Positions 37,971-47,354 are shown, counted from the first letter of the stretch. The stretch is DNA of 64,000 nt from Thermoplasmata archaeon (GCA_021790425.1 JAJYEA010000001.1:67015-131014), one strand, 5' to 3'. The notes: generated by a model not told the origin, from the sequence alone. Numbers and translations: made by a program.

Positions 37971-39746
37971 ATGGTGGCCCCCCTCACGCTGCTGTTCGAC
38001 GTCACGGCGACCGTGGGGTACTTCTTGCTCCTCCCCGGGCTCCTCGCGGTGCTCTACCTCGTGGCGTGGAAGGAGATCCGCGGCGGGGAGCGGTTCGGCA
38101 TCTCTCGGGACACGTTCTGGGTCCTCGTCCTGGGAGGCGGGGCGGGCACCCTCGGCAACCTCCCGGTCTTCTACTGGGGGGGCTCCGTGATGGCGGTCAA
38201 CGTCGGCGGCGCGCTCATCCCGGTGGCGCTGAGCCTGATCATCCTGCTCCGGTTCGTACGACCCATCTCCCCGTCCACCATCCTGGGGACGGTCGCCCTC
38301 TGGGCAGGAGCGTCCTTCGTCGCCGTGTTCCTCTTCATCCGTGGGGCACCGTGGTATGCCGGTCTGCTGGTCATCGTCGCGGGGATGGCCTTCGTGCCCC
38401 TCTGGCCCGGCGCCCGGGCATCCCCGCTCTCCGCGCTCCGGCGGGCGATCGACGTGTATGCGATCCTGGCGGCCACCACCATCTCGACCTTCCTGACCAC
38501 CTATGTCGTCCTTTCGGTCGGGATCGTGAGCCCGTTCCCCTTCCTCCTCCTCCCCCCGCTCATCGGTGCCGCGCTCTCGGTCATCGCGCTGCGGGGGGAC
38601 CCCTCGGCCGCCGGGCTCGCCTACGCGACGAGCACGCTCGGTGGGCTCATGGGGGCGGACGTGCTCCACCAGCCCGGGCTCTACGTCCCCTCCGCGGGGG
38701 GCTTTCTCGGGGCGATCGGAGGCGCTGGCCTCGAGGACCTGGTCTACCTCACCGGGTTGCTCTCCTTGTCCATGGCCCTGCTCATCCTCCTCCCGTTCCG
38801 GGGAGCGCGGCCGGAGGTCGCCCCGGAACCGGTGACCCCGACACGCCCGGGGATGAGGGCGGCGCTCACGTTCTACCGCCACCGGCAGTACGACCGGGTC
38901 CCTCCCGCCGTCATGGAAGGGCTCCGGGCCGAGGCGCAGGAAACCCGGAGGGTCCTCGAGTACGGCGACGCGCCGCGCCTTGTGCTGGGCCCGACCACCT
39001 TTGCCGGGTTCCGTTTCAATCCCCTGGTGATGGCCGACGAGGAGAGGCTGGCCTACATGGCGCGACAGGCCACCTCCGACCGGACCACCGCCTGGCGGGC
39101 GCTGGCCACGGGGTACTTCCTCGAGCGGGCCCTGGCCGAGGCGGCACGGTTCCGTCTGGCGGGGCCCATCGAGCGCGGGAGGGCCTTCCTGATCGATGTG
39201 GCCGTGACGTTGGGGCCTGCCGCTCTGTTGCTCCTGGCCCTCTACCACTGGTGGCAGATCCCCGACTGGACGACCGCCCTCTACGCGAGCCCGCCGTACG
39301 AGGCGGCCCTCTTTGGTGCGGCGGGTTACCCCATGCTCTTCTTCGCGATCTCAGAATGGCTCTTCGCCACCACTCCGGGGAAATGGTGGGTCGGGCTCGA
39401 GGTCCGTGGCCGGGGCCTCGAGCGACCCGGACTCTTGGAAGCGCTGGGGCGCAACATACCGAAGCTCCTCCCCACGACCTCGCTCGCCTTCGCGATCGGT
39501 CTCGCCATCCCGCTCGGACTGGCCGGAGGACTGGAGGCATGGTCGCTGGCCATCGCCTTCGTGCTCGGAGGGATCGGGTCCGTGCTCATGCTCGGATGGA
39601 TCGGGGCGATCACGATGACCGCCAACCCCCGTCGCCGACGGCTGGGGGACCTGATGGTCGGTACGCAGGTGCTCCGCGTTACGCCCCGGAGCCCGTGGGC
39701 TGTGCGGGCGGCGCGGAGGGTATCGGCCCCGTCCGCGACAGCGTGA
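37971..39746 (+). CDS. polytopic membrane protein: N-terminal DUF1614-like domain fused to a C-terminal RDD-family domain (tentative)
   Basis: Many TM helices. GGSVMAVNVGGALIP in the N-terminal half. C-terminal ISEWLFATTPGKWWVGLEV...RRRLGDLMVGTQVL is RDD-like. ATG at 37971 preceded by GAGGGCAGGAGG. Confidence 0.6.
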   Translation: MVAPLTLLFDVTATVGYFLLLPGLLAVLYLVAWKEIRGGERFGISRDTFWVLVLGGGAGTLGNLPVFYWGGSVMAVNVGGALIPVALSLIILLRFVRPISPSTILGTVALWAGASFVAVFLFIRGAPWYAGLLVIVAGMAFVPLWPGARASPLSALRRAIDVYAILAATTISTFLTTYVVLSVGIVSPFPFLLLPPLIGAALSVIALRGDPSAAGLAYATSTLGGLMGADVLHQPGLYVPSAGGFLGAIGGAGLEDLVYLTGLLSLSMALLILLPFRGARPEVAPEPVTPTRPGMRAALTFYRHRQYDRVPPAVMEGLRAEAQETRRVLEYGDAPRLVLGPTTFAGFRFNPLVMADEERLAYMARQATSDRTTAWRALATGYFLERALAEAARFRLAGPIERGRAFLIDVAVTLGPAALLLLALYHWWQIPDWTTALYASPPYEAALFGAAGYPMLFFAISEWLFATTPGKWWVGLEVRGRGLERPGLLEALGRNIPKLLPTTSLAFAIGLAIPLGLAGGLEAWSLAIAFVLGGIGSVLMLGWIGAITMTANPRRRRLGDLMVGTQVLRVTPRSPWAVRAARRVSAPSATA

Positions 39747-40038
39747 CCTCGATCGTGGACACGTTGGTCTCGCGTCCGGCCCGGTTGGTCAGACGCTCGG
39801 TCCCGATCGCGACGTGCTTGACCATGACCTTCCCTTCCATCAGCTTGTGGCGCCGGGCGACCTCGGCCACGTCCACGGCATGGGCGATCGCGTTGCCCCG
39901 TGCCTTGATCCGAACGTCGTCCACTCCGCTCGAGAGCTGGCTGATGACCTCGAAGACGTACGTCATCACCGGCTTAGTCCCGATGTAGACGACGGGTTCC
40001 GTCAGCGGCCTCCCAGAAGTAGGGGTGGTAGCGGTCAT
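39679..40038 (-). CDS. albA: DNA/RNA-binding protein Alba, with a short Pro/Ala-rich C-terminal extension
   Basis: YIGTKPVMTYVFEVISQLSSGVDDVRIKARGNAIAHAVDVAEVARR matches the Alba core. AT-rich box (aaattgtaatatg on the minus strand) ~25-35 nt upstream. The 3' end overlaps the convergent membrane-protein gene by ~68 nt. Confidence 0.85.
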   Translation of the reverse strand: MTATTPTSGRPLTEPVVYIGTKPVMTYVFEVISQLSSGVDDVRIKARGNAIAHAVDVAEVARRHKLMEGKVMVKHVAIGTERLTNRAGRETNVSTIEVTLSRTGPIPSAPPAQPTGSGA

Positions 40039-40113
40039 GGAGCGATCGGAGCGAAGGAACCCCGGGGACCATATTACAATTTCCCAATTCAGCCCGGCGG
40101 CTGGGCTGCGCCC

Positions 40114-40659
40114 CTACCGGGTCTCGAGAATACGGTGGGCGGCTTCCCGGAAGGACCCCGCCTGGGCGAAGGCCACATCGTCCACCGCTTCCCCCGGTTC
40201 GAGGTGGAACCCCGGGCTCCGGACGTAGATCCCGCGGACCCCGACCCGGTGTGCGGCTTCCATGTCGGCGCGGCTGTTGCCGATCATGAAGGACCGGCCG
40301 AGATCGAGGGCGTGCTCCTGAGCGGCCCGTGTGAGCAGCTCGGTCCCGGGCTTGCGACAGGCACACCCGTCGGACGGGGCGTGCGGGCAGTAGTAGAACG
40401 CGTCGAGCGTGATGCCCTGGGGAGCGAGCACTCCCCGGAGATGGGCGTGCAGGCGGTCGACGTCCGCCGCGGTGTAGTAGCCGCGGGCCACTCCCGACTG
40501 GTTGGTGACCACGATCAATCGGAATCCGGCCCCCTGGAGCGCGCGGAGCCCCGCGATCACCCCGAGGTAGAGCTCGATGTGGTTCGGATCGGAGATGTAC
40601 TTGAGGTCGACGTTCAGCGTCCCGTCCCGGTCCAGGAAGACCGCACGGGAGCGCTCCAT
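40114..40659 (-). CDS. HAD-IIIA phosphatase (D,D-heptose 1,7-bisphosphate phosphatase GmhB / histidinol-phosphatase-like)
   Basis: FLDRDGTLN motif I, VVTNQSG motif II, CPHAPSDGCACRKP zinc motif, GNSRADMEAA motif IV. ATG at 40659 (MERSRAVF). Confidence 0.75.
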   Translation of the reverse strand: MERSRAVFLDRDGTLNVDLKYISDPNHIELYLGVIAGLRALQGAGFRLIVVTNQSGVARGYYTAADVDRLHAHLRGVLAPQGITLDAFYYCPHAPSDGCACRKPGTELLTRAAQEHALDLGRSFMIGNSRADMEAAHRVGVRGIYVRSPGFHLEPGEAVDDVAFAQAGSFREAAHRILETR

Positions 40660-40685
40660 GCCCTGCGCGACCCCGGGGAAGGGCG

Positions 40686-41016
40686 CTACGCTCCCTTGCC
40701 GCCCGCGGCCGGCGGAGCCAGCGACGCGGACCGCCCGGACCGCTGGAGGGAAAGGCGCCAGTTCACGTCGTGGAGGACCGCGATGGCGATCAGGACGATC
40801 GTGAGCACCATGAGCAGGAGCGCGTCGCCCCCGTAGGCCAGTCCCACGACCTTGATGCCGAAGTAGGCGAGCCCCCCGGCGATGGCGAGGAAGAAGATCC
40901 CCACGAACAGGTTGAGATAGGTCCGGAGCGCGAAGGCCTTGGGGTCGCGTTCGAAACGCTCTTGCAGGGCCGCATCGAGTCGGGGGGTGCGGCTCTTCTT
41001 CACGACGGGTTCGGGC
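40686..41016 (-). CDS. small hypothetical membrane protein (2 TM) upstream of the phosphatase
   Basis: GTG start preceded by GGGAGG. Hydrophobic helices FVGIFFLAIAGGLAYFGI and LLLMVLTIVLIAIAVL. Confidence 0.35.
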
Positions 41017-41154
41017 ACGCCGCCTCCCAAGGCGGTGGGATATTGAACCTTTCCATGCGCCGGGAGCCCGTGGCAAAGCCTAAAGATGCACCGGGGTGAG
41101 TGACCGGTTACGACCATCACGGCGACGGCCCGGGTTCTCAAGAACGAGATCCAT

Positions 41155-41592
41155 GTGGTCCTGGGAAAGACAGAGTGGGTCGCGCGACCTCTCCCCGCCC
41201 TCAAGGGGGGGCTGGCGGGAGCTTTCACGGCGCTCTTCTCGACCCGGTATGCCGTCTACGAGGGGCCCTACCTCGACAAGGACCCGATCTCGCACGTCTC
41301 CTACCACCCGCTCAAGGACGAGATCGTTATCCAGGCGGGGGAGACCAAGTGGAAGACCGAGTCCTCCACCTTCGGGCCCCTCACCTTCCGTTTCGAGGAG
41401 CGCACCTACGAGATCCAAGAGAAGATGACCGGCCGCTTTGCCGTCGCCCGCGACGGCGCCGTGGTGGCGGAGGGCCAGGCGCGCTTCCGCTCCGTCATCG
41501 TCACGACCTATCCGGACGAGATGCAGGGTTTCTTTGGCCAGCTGGCCATCGGGCTCTTGATCCGGACGCTCTTCAGCGAACTCGGGCTCTGA
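41155..41592 (+). CDS. hypothetical protein (145 aa)
   Basis: Strong GC3 bias and balanced composition. The overlapping alternative frame is R/G-rich junk. Confidence 0.5.
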   Translation: MVLGKTEWVARPLPALKGGLAGAFTALFSTRYAVYEGPYLDKDPISHVSYHPLKDEIVIQAGETKWKTESSTFGPLTFRFEERTYEIQEKMTGRFAVARDGAVVAEGQARFRSVIVTTYPDEMQGFFGQLAIGLLIRTLFSELGL

Positions 41593-41601
41593 TCCCCGGC
41601 C

Positions 41602-43053
41602 CTAGGGCTCCCACGGGGGGAGACCGTGGCTGCTGTCGAGCGACGGTCGCCCCCGCGGCTCGAGGGGACGGGAGATCTGGCGGTAGGGGATGAAGTGGTA
41701 GCGGATCGGGACCAGCACGAGGCACCCGGCGAGGACGACCCCGGCCGCGATGAGATAGGCCGTGGTGACCCCCGTCATGAAGTACAGGCCCCCGCCGATC
41801 AGGGTTCCCGCGATCCCCCCGAAACCTGAGAGGGCGTTGTAAAGTCCCAGCGCCTTGCCCCGGTTGGCGTTCCCCGTCAGGAGGCGGAGGAGGAAGATCG
41901 TGCTCCCCGTGCTGGCGAACGCCCACGTCACCCCCATGAACCCGTTCAACAGCACCATCCACACCGTCTCGCCCAGGTGGAGGGGGAACCGCGGAAGGGT
42001 GACGACCAGGAAGAGCGGGATGAGCGCGGCGCGCACGAGCATGCTGCCCACGAAGACCTTCTTGGGGGAGTAGCGCTCGGCCACCTGCCCGCTCGAGTAG
42101 AAGAGGGCCGTGGAAGCGAAGGCGGACGCGAAGAAGACGAGGAAGACGGCCGCCTCGCTCAGGCTGGCGCCGTTCGTCGAGGCCAGGAAGTAGACGAACG
42201 TCCCATAGAACATCTGGGACCCGAAGCTGACGGCGAAGAGGGAACCCAGGAAGACCCACTCCCGGAGGGGAAGCGGGACCGGTTCCCCCTGGGCCATCCG
42301 GATGATGGCGACGATCCGGCGGCGGAACCCGCGCAGTCGCTCCACGACCCCCCGGCCGAGGTGGAGGTGCTCGTCCAGGTCATCGCGGTCCACGTGGGTC
42401 GTCGGCTCGTGGATCGAGACGGCGGCGATCATCGCCGCGATCAGCGCGAGCATCCCCGTCAGGATGAGGAGCGCCTCGAGCGCCGGGGTGCTCCCGAGCG
42501 AGAGGCTTCCGGCGGGAGCGAGGAAGTACATCCATGCCGCGCCGATCCCGAGCCCCGCGGCGGTGCCGATCCCCGAGACCAAGCCGAAGAGACCCACGTC
42601 GCGCGGCCACCACCGCTTCGCCCGCGTCTCGAGGAGGAGGATCGTGCCGATGGGAGCGCTCGCGGCCGAGAATACGCCGCCGATGACGTTGAGGAGGTAG
42701 TAGACCTGGAGCGAGGGGGAAAAGGGCATGGCGATCAACGTCACGCCGGTCAGCGCGAAGGAGAAGACCATGAACCATTTCCGATGGCGCAACGAATCCG
42801 ACAGGTTCCCCCAGACGATGGTCAGGGGGATCTCGGACACATCCGAGGCCGCGACGATGATGGCCACCCCGAGAGGGCCGATCGAGGGGTAGAGCGCCAG
42901 GGCCAGGAGAGGGATGAGCGGGGCCGAGAGCCCTCCCGAGAGTGACCAGGGGAGATAGGAGAAGAACCACATGTCGGAAGCGGAGGGACGGATGGGGGGC
43001 TCCCGAACGTGAAAGTCCACCCCGGCCGACGCGCTTTCCATCGTTGTGCTCAT
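41602..43053 (-). CDS. MFS-family transporter
   Basis: 12 predicted TM helices. MFS motifs (GNLSDSLRHRK loop). Confidence 0.8.
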   Translation of the reverse strand: MSTTMESASAGVDFHVREPPIRPSASDMWFFSYLPWSLSGGLSAPLIPLLALALYPSIGPLGVAIIVAASDVSEIPLTIVWGNLSDSLRHRKWFMVFSFALTGVTLIAMPFSPSLQVYYLLNVIGGVFSAASAPIGTILLLETRAKRWWPRDVGLFGLVSGIGTAAGLGIGAAWMYFLAPAGSLSLGSTPALEALLILTGMLALIAAMIAAVSIHEPTTHVDRDDLDEHLHLGRGVVERLRGFRRRIVAIIRMAQGEPVPLPLREWVFLGSLFAVSFGSQMFYGTFVYFLASTNGASLSEAAVFLVFFASAFASTALFYSSGQVAERYSPKKVFVGSMLVRAALIPLFLVVTLPRFPLHLGETVWMVLLNGFMGVTWAFASTGSTIFLLRLLTGNANRGKALGLYNALSGFGGIAGTLIGGGLYFMTGVTTAYLIAAGVVLAGCLVLVPIRYHFIPYRQISRPLEPRGRPSLDSSHGLPPWEP

Positions 43054-43230
43054 CCCGGCTGGGAAGCTCTATTACTCGGAGACCTTCTTAACACCGTCCC
43101 TCGACTGGAAAGACGGGGTTGACCGTCCGGCCGGTACGGGAGCCCCCGCTCCGGCTCCGAGGGAGAACGAGGGGAGGGTGAACGGGGAAATCCCACGGAA
43201 TCGCGCCGACGAGAGAGGAAAAACCAAGCT

Positions 43231-43240
43231 TTTATAGCTC
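43231..43240 (+). promoter_or_regulatory. TATA box cttttatagc ~28 nt upstream of ATG 43264 (leaderless)
   Basis: TTTTATA read directly. Spacing is classic for archaeal BRE/TATA to a leaderless start. Confidence 0.45.
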
Positions 43241-43263
43241 CCACACTAAACACTAGCCCCTGT

Positions 43264-43482
43264 ATGGCCGGGTTGGGGCGAAGGGCTGAGAAGACAGTCC
43301 ATGTCAAGATTGACCCCAACGACGAGACCATCACGCTTGAGGACGTGCTCAACAAGATCACCGAACTGAGGAAGAAGCATCCGGACCGCGAGATCTTCTT
43401 TGACGGAGACGAATACTCGATCTGCTCGAGACCGAAACATCCCAAGCACGGGTCCCATGGGAGCTCGCACGGAACTGGGTAG
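43264..43482 (+). CDS. small hypothetical protein (72 aa), 3' end overlaps the tpiA start
   Basis: Own TATA promoter. Moderate GC3. Basic His-rich C-terminus. Confidence 0.45.
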   Translation: MAGLGRRAEKTVHVKIDPNDETITLEDVLNKITELRKKHPDREIFFDGDEYSICSRPKHPKHGSHGSSHGTG

Positions 43483-44203
43483 CCCGCTCTTCCTCCTGAA
43501 CCTCAAGGCCTACCCGAGATCGATCGGAACGGGGGCCCGGGAGATGGGACGCACCCTCGCCCAGTTCTCGAAGATGACCGGGGTCTCGGTGGCCATCGCC
43601 CCTACCCCGCCGCTCGTCGGACTGCTCGCGAGCGAGCTCACGATCCCCGTCCTGGCCCAGCACGCCGATCCCTTCGAGGCGGGGGCGCGGACGGGCCACG
43701 TTCCGCCGGCGGCCGTCCGGGCGTCGGGCGCGGTGGGAAGCCTCGTCAACCACTCCGAGCACCGGCTCCCGCGCGACGCCATCGCGGCCGTGGTCCGGCT
43801 CCTCGAGGCCGAGGGGCTCACGGCGGTGGTCTGTGCGGGGGACGTGGCGGAATCCCGGGAGCTTGCCGCCCTCTGCAAACCCCCGTATCTCGCGGTCGAG
43901 CCACCCGAGCTCATCGGGGGGGACGTTTCGGTCTCCCGCGCAAAGCCCGAGGTCATCCGTGCGACCGTGGAGGCCGTTCATCAGGTCTCGCCCGCGACCC
44001 GCGTGCTCTGCGGGGCGGGGATCAAGAACGCCGAGGATGTGCGCCGGTCGCTCGAGCTCGGCGCCGAGGGCGTCCTCGTGGCCAGCGCGGTCGCGAACGC
44101 CAGGGACCCCCCGGCCGCCATCCAGGAACTCCTCGGTGGTTTCCCTTCCGCCCCGGCGCACAGGGCCCCGACGCCCCCAGCGGCCGCCCCCGGCACAGGC
44201 TAA
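43457..44203 (+). CDS. tpiA: triosephosphate isomerase (archaeal type)
   Basis: LLNLKAY N-terminus, NHSEHR catalytic His/Glu region, CAGD, GAGIKN. ATG at 43457. Confidence 0.85.
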   Translation: MGARTELGSPLFLLNLKAYPRSIGTGAREMGRTLAQFSKMTGVSVAIAPTPPLVGLLASELTIPVLAQHADPFEAGARTGHVPPAAVRASGAVGSLVNHSEHRLPRDAIAAVVRLLEAEGLTAVVCAGDVAESRELAALCKPPYLAVEPPELIGGDVSVSRAKPEVIRATVEAVHQVSPATRVLCGAGIKNAEDVRRSLELGAEGVLVASAVANARDPPAAIQELLGGFPSAPAHRAPTPPAAAPGTG

Positions 44204-44246
44204 ATACCGTCCGCCGTATCGCGCTCCGCGCAGCGTGGACAATCGT

Positions 44247-44321
44247 GGGACTGTGGGGTAGCTTGGTCCATCCTATGGCGTTCGGGACGCTGTGACTCCG
44301 GTTCAAATCCGGACAGTCCCA
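44247..44321 (+). tRNA. tRNA-Pro (anticodon CGG)
   Basis: Hand-folded. Acceptor GGGACTG/CAGTCCC, U8, A14, G18G19, A21. Anticodon stem TGGCG/CGCTG (two G-U pairs) with loop TTCGGGA (U33, G37). T arm TCCGG-TTCAAAT-CCGGA. Discriminator A. Confidence 0.7.
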
Positions 44322-44343
44322 CTCCTCAGCCGCGATGGGTTCC

Positions 44344-45906
44344 CTACGCGTTGAGACGTCGGTGGAGCGCGACGTTCGCCGAGTGGAAGCGGAGGAAGCT
44401 CTCATAGAGGCGGTCGTAGACCGCCACGTTAATCCGGTTCGGTGCGAAGCGGGCCTGGACCCGGATGTCCCGCGCGATGCTCTCGGGTGAGCAGAACCGG
44501 CCCCCGATGGCACCGAGCAGGGCGGCCCCCCGGGCGGTGGCGTGGGCCGCGTCCTCCACGGTCTCCACGGTGCGACCGAGCACGTCGGATATGATCTGGG
44601 ACCACAGGGTGGAACTGGCCCCTCCGCCTCCGATGCGCACCGGATCGGCCCGACGTCCGCCGAGCTTCTCCACGGGGTCGAGGATCCACCGGTTGTTGTA
44701 CGCTACCCCTTCCATCACGGCCCGGAGCAGCTGGGGCCGGCCCGAGGCAAGACCCAGGTTGAAGAACGTCGCGCGCAGGTGACGGTCCTCGACGGGGGCG
44801 CGCTCCCCGTAGAGCCAGGGGGTGAAGAGCACGCCCCCCGACCCCGGTTCCGACTGGGCGGCCATCCGGTCGAGCTCCTCGAACGGAGGCGAGGAGGGCC
44901 CCGTCCCGAAGAGGAGATCGCGCACGAACGCGAGGGAGCTCCCGGCCGATTCCTGGGTCGCGATGATGCTGTAGAGCCCCGGGAGCGCGGATGGGAGGGA
45001 CGCGATGTTGTGGAAAATGTCCGTCTTCTTGAACGGCACGTGGGCGGTGAGCCAGGACGAGGTCCCGAGGTAGAGGTGGTGCTGACCCGGGCGGGTGCAG
45101 CCGGCACCGATGAGCGAGGCCTGCATGTCCCCGGCACCCGCCACCACCGGAAGGCCCTCCGGAACCCCTAGCTCCCGGGCGGCCTTTCCCGAGACCGGTC
45201 CCACGACCGCGGTCGCTGCCTTCAGGGGAGGGAACTTGGCGCGGTCCAGGGTCGCGAGGCGGAAGAGGGCTTCGTCGTAAGATACGTGGGAAGCGTCCCG
45301 GTTGTCCGTCACCCAGGTGACCGCCACGTTGTCCCAGGAGGCCGCGATCTCGCCGGTCAACCGGTAGTTGAGATAGTCCTTCGGTTCGAGGAAGAAGGAG
45401 GTGGCGCGGTAGACCTCGGGCTCGCGGTGCTTCAGGTAGAGGATGTGGGCGAGGGAGTCCTTGCCGGAGTGGGCCGGGGCCCCCCCCGTCTTGCGGAGCC
45501 AGCGGGCCAGCTTGTCGATCCGGTAGCCCGAGACCCCCGGGAAACCCGCGGTGAGCGCGCGGATGTACGGTTCGCCGCGGGTGTCCATCCAGATGATCGC
45601 GCGCCGGAGCGGAGCACCGTCCTTGCCCACCGCCACCGTCCCGGACCACTGGCCCGTGCATCCCGCCGTGGCGATACGGGCCGGGTCCGCTCCGCTCGAG
45701 CGGACCGCGCGAGCCGTCGCCGAGACGATGGCGCCCCACCATGCCTCGGGGTCCTGCTCCACGGTCCCTCCGGGACCCACGACCAGCGGGTAGGATGCGG
45801 TCTCCCGGGCCCGCAGGGCCCCGCTGGCCTCGCAGAGGACGACCTTGCACGACGAGGTCCCCAGATCGATGCCCAGGAAGAGCGGAGAGTCCTTCGACGA
45901 CGGCAC
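44344..45906 (-). CDS. FGGY-family carbohydrate kinase (xylulokinase/glycerol-kinase-like)
   Basis: N-terminal LFLGIDLGTSSCKVVL. FGGY N- and C-domains with GGGASS near the C-terminus. GTG start ~45906. The track's fused upstream extension is out of frame with the next gene. Confidence 0.8.
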   Translation of the reverse strand: MPSSKDSPLFLGIDLGTSSCKVVLCEASGALRARETASYPLVVGPGGTVEQDPEAWWGAIVSATARAVRSSGADPARIATAGCTGQWSGTVAVGKDGAPLRRAIIWMDTRGEPYIRALTAGFPGVSGYRIDKLARWLRKTGGAPAHSGKDSLAHILYLKHREPEVYRATSFFLEPKDYLNYRLTGEIAASWDNVAVTWVTDNRDASHVSYDEALFRLATLDRAKFPPLKAATAVVGPVSGKAARELGVPEGLPVVAGAGDMQASLIGAGCTRPGQHHLYLGTSSWLTAHVPFKKTDIFHNIASLPSALPGLYSIIATQESAGSSLAFVRDLLFGTGPSSPPFEELDRMAAQSEPGSGGVLFTPWLYGERAPVEDRHLRATFFNLGLASGRPQLLRAVMEGVAYNNRWILDPVEKLGGRRADPVRIGGGGASSTLWSQIISDVLGRTVETVEDAAHATARGAALLGAIGGRFCSPESIARDIRVQARFAPNRINVAVYDRLYESFLRFHSANVALHRRLNA

Positions 45907-45917
45907 GACCTTGCCTC

Positions 45918-47303
45918 TCAGGAGCCGTGGTACATCCAGTCGATGACCGAGGAAAGGAACTCTTCCACCGCGTCCGCGGGCATCGTCTCTGCCATCCCGT
46001 AGATCGGGGCCAGCCCCGCCGCCGCGGGCGCCCGCTCGGCCATGCGGACGGCCCAGCGGAGGTCCGTCAGGAACCGGGCGGACACCCCGGGGAGCGTGTG
46101 CCGGAGCGTGACGGCCAGATGGACCCCCGGAGGGTTCTGTAGCCCGTTGAGGAACCATCCCCGGCGCGACATCTGCTCCATGACCTGGTAGACGTCCATC
46201 CGCGGGGTCGTGAACGCCGCCACGATGGCGGAGTCCCCCATCAGCTCGACCCCCGGGATCTTCGCCGCCCCGGTGCGGATGCGTCGCGTCGTGGCCAGTA
46301 TCTTGCGGGCGATGGAACGGTAGCCATCGGCGCCGAGGGAAAGCATGGTCGCCCATGCCGCGGCCACGAGCCCGCCGGGGCGGCTCCCCGCGAGGGAGGT
46401 GGAGAAGTAGATGCCGCCGGGCCAACGGTTGGCCACGTAGTACTGCTTCCGGAGAAGGTCGGGATCGGAGTAGAGTATCGTGGAGATCCCCTTGGGCACG
46501 AAGCCGTACTTGTGAGGGTCGACCGAGATGGAGGTCACCCCGGGGAGCCGGAAATCGAAGTCCGGCACCGCGACGCCCAGCTCCCGCGCCCAGGGAAGGA
46601 TGAATCCGCCCAGGCAGGCATCGGTGTGGAACCCCACCCCCTGGTCGTGCGCCACCTCGGACATCGCCCGGATGGGGTCGACCACGCCGTACGGAAAGCA
46701 CGGGGCGGACCCGACGACCGCGACGGTGCGGGGTCCGATGGCCGACTTCACCGACTCCATGTCGGCCGCAAGGTCGGCACCGACGGGCACGGTCTTGGCC
46801 CGGATGCCGAAGTAGTGGCAGGCCTTGTCGAAGGCCACGTGGGCCGTGACCGGGAGCACCACCTCGGGCTCGGTGATCCCACGCTTCTCCCGTCCCCAGT
46901 CCCGGTAGGCCTTCATCGCGAGCAGGATGCTCTCCGTGCCGCCGGAGCTCACCGCGCCGCGGACGGAGTCGCCGCCACCGAGGAGGGCCGAGGTCATCGC
47001 GACGATTTCACCTTCCATCTTCACGAGGCTCGGCCAGACATCGGGATGGAGGGGGTTCGTCTGGGACGCGAGCGCGTAGGCCTGCGTCGCGAACCGCGTG
47101 TGGGCGGGTTCCCCATGATAGACCGCGCCTGACACGTACCCCTTCTTCCACCGCCCCTCCTCTTCGCGGAGGAGCCGGGTGAGGAGCGCGAGCACCTCCC
47201 GCTGGTTCGCACCGCGCGCGGGGAGTTTCCGGATCGGGGGGAATGTCTGGTCGTAGGGGCGGAAACGCTCCTGGACCACCGAGAGAAGTTCCTCCAGATC
47301 CAT
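45918..47303 (-). CDS. PLP-dependent group II decarboxylase-fold enzyme, sphingosine-1-phosphate-lyase-like
   Basis: PLP-Lys motif SISVDPHKYGFVPKGISTILYSD resembles SPL-family SISADTHKYGYAPKG. GYVSGAVYHGE also present. ~460 aa. ATG at 47303 (MDLEELL) or 47327. Confidence 0.75.
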   Translation of the reverse strand: MDLEELLSVVQERFRPYDQTFPPIRKLPARGANQREVLALLTRLLREEEGRWKKGYVSGAVYHGEPAHTRFATQAYALASQTNPLHPDVWPSLVKMEGEIVAMTSALLGGGDSVRGAVSSGGTESILLAMKAYRDWGREKRGITEPEVVLPVTAHVAFDKACHYFGIRAKTVPVGADLAADMESVKSAIGPRTVAVVGSAPCFPYGVVDPIRAMSEVAHDQGVGFHTDACLGGFILPWARELGVAVPDFDFRLPGVTSISVDPHKYGFVPKGISTILYSDPDLLRKQYYVANRWPGGIYFSTSLAGSRPGGLVAAAWATMLSLGADGYRSIARKILATTRRIRTGAAKIPGVELMGDSAIVAAFTTPRMDVYQVMEQMSRRGWFLNGLQNPPGVHLAVTLRHTLPGVSARFLTDLRWAVRMAERAPAAAGLAPIYGMAETMPADAVEEFLSSVIDWMYHGS

Positions 47304-47319
47304 CGCTGCTGGCGAGCCG

Positions 47320-47332
47320 GAATTCATATAGA
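47320..47332. promoter_or_regulatory. shared TATA (ttcatatagaacc) between divergent decarboxylase and MFS genes
   Basis: ~25 nt from ATG 47303 (minus strand) and ~27 nt from GTG 47355 (plus strand). Confidence 0.4.
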
Positions 47333-47354
47333 ACCATTGCGCTCTCGTAGCTTT

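Noticed and set aside
35057-39248. Minus ORFs 35057-36280 and 37905-39248
   Set aside because: Antisense to rps11/rpoD and to the DUF1614/RDD membrane-protein gene respectively. Low-complexity R/G/D-rich translations.
40660-41076. N-terminal extension of the 320-aa minus ORF 40114-41076
   Set aside because: Phosphatase homology starts at MERSRAVFLDRDGTLN (ATG 40659). The upstream part is Arg/Pro-rich and overlaps a more plausible small membrane-protein ORF in another frame.
45907-46701. N-terminal extension of the 785-aa minus ORF 44344-46701
   Set aside because: Extension runs out of frame through the SPL-like decarboxylase gene. FGGY kinase homology begins at the GTG near 45906 (LFLGIDLGTSS).
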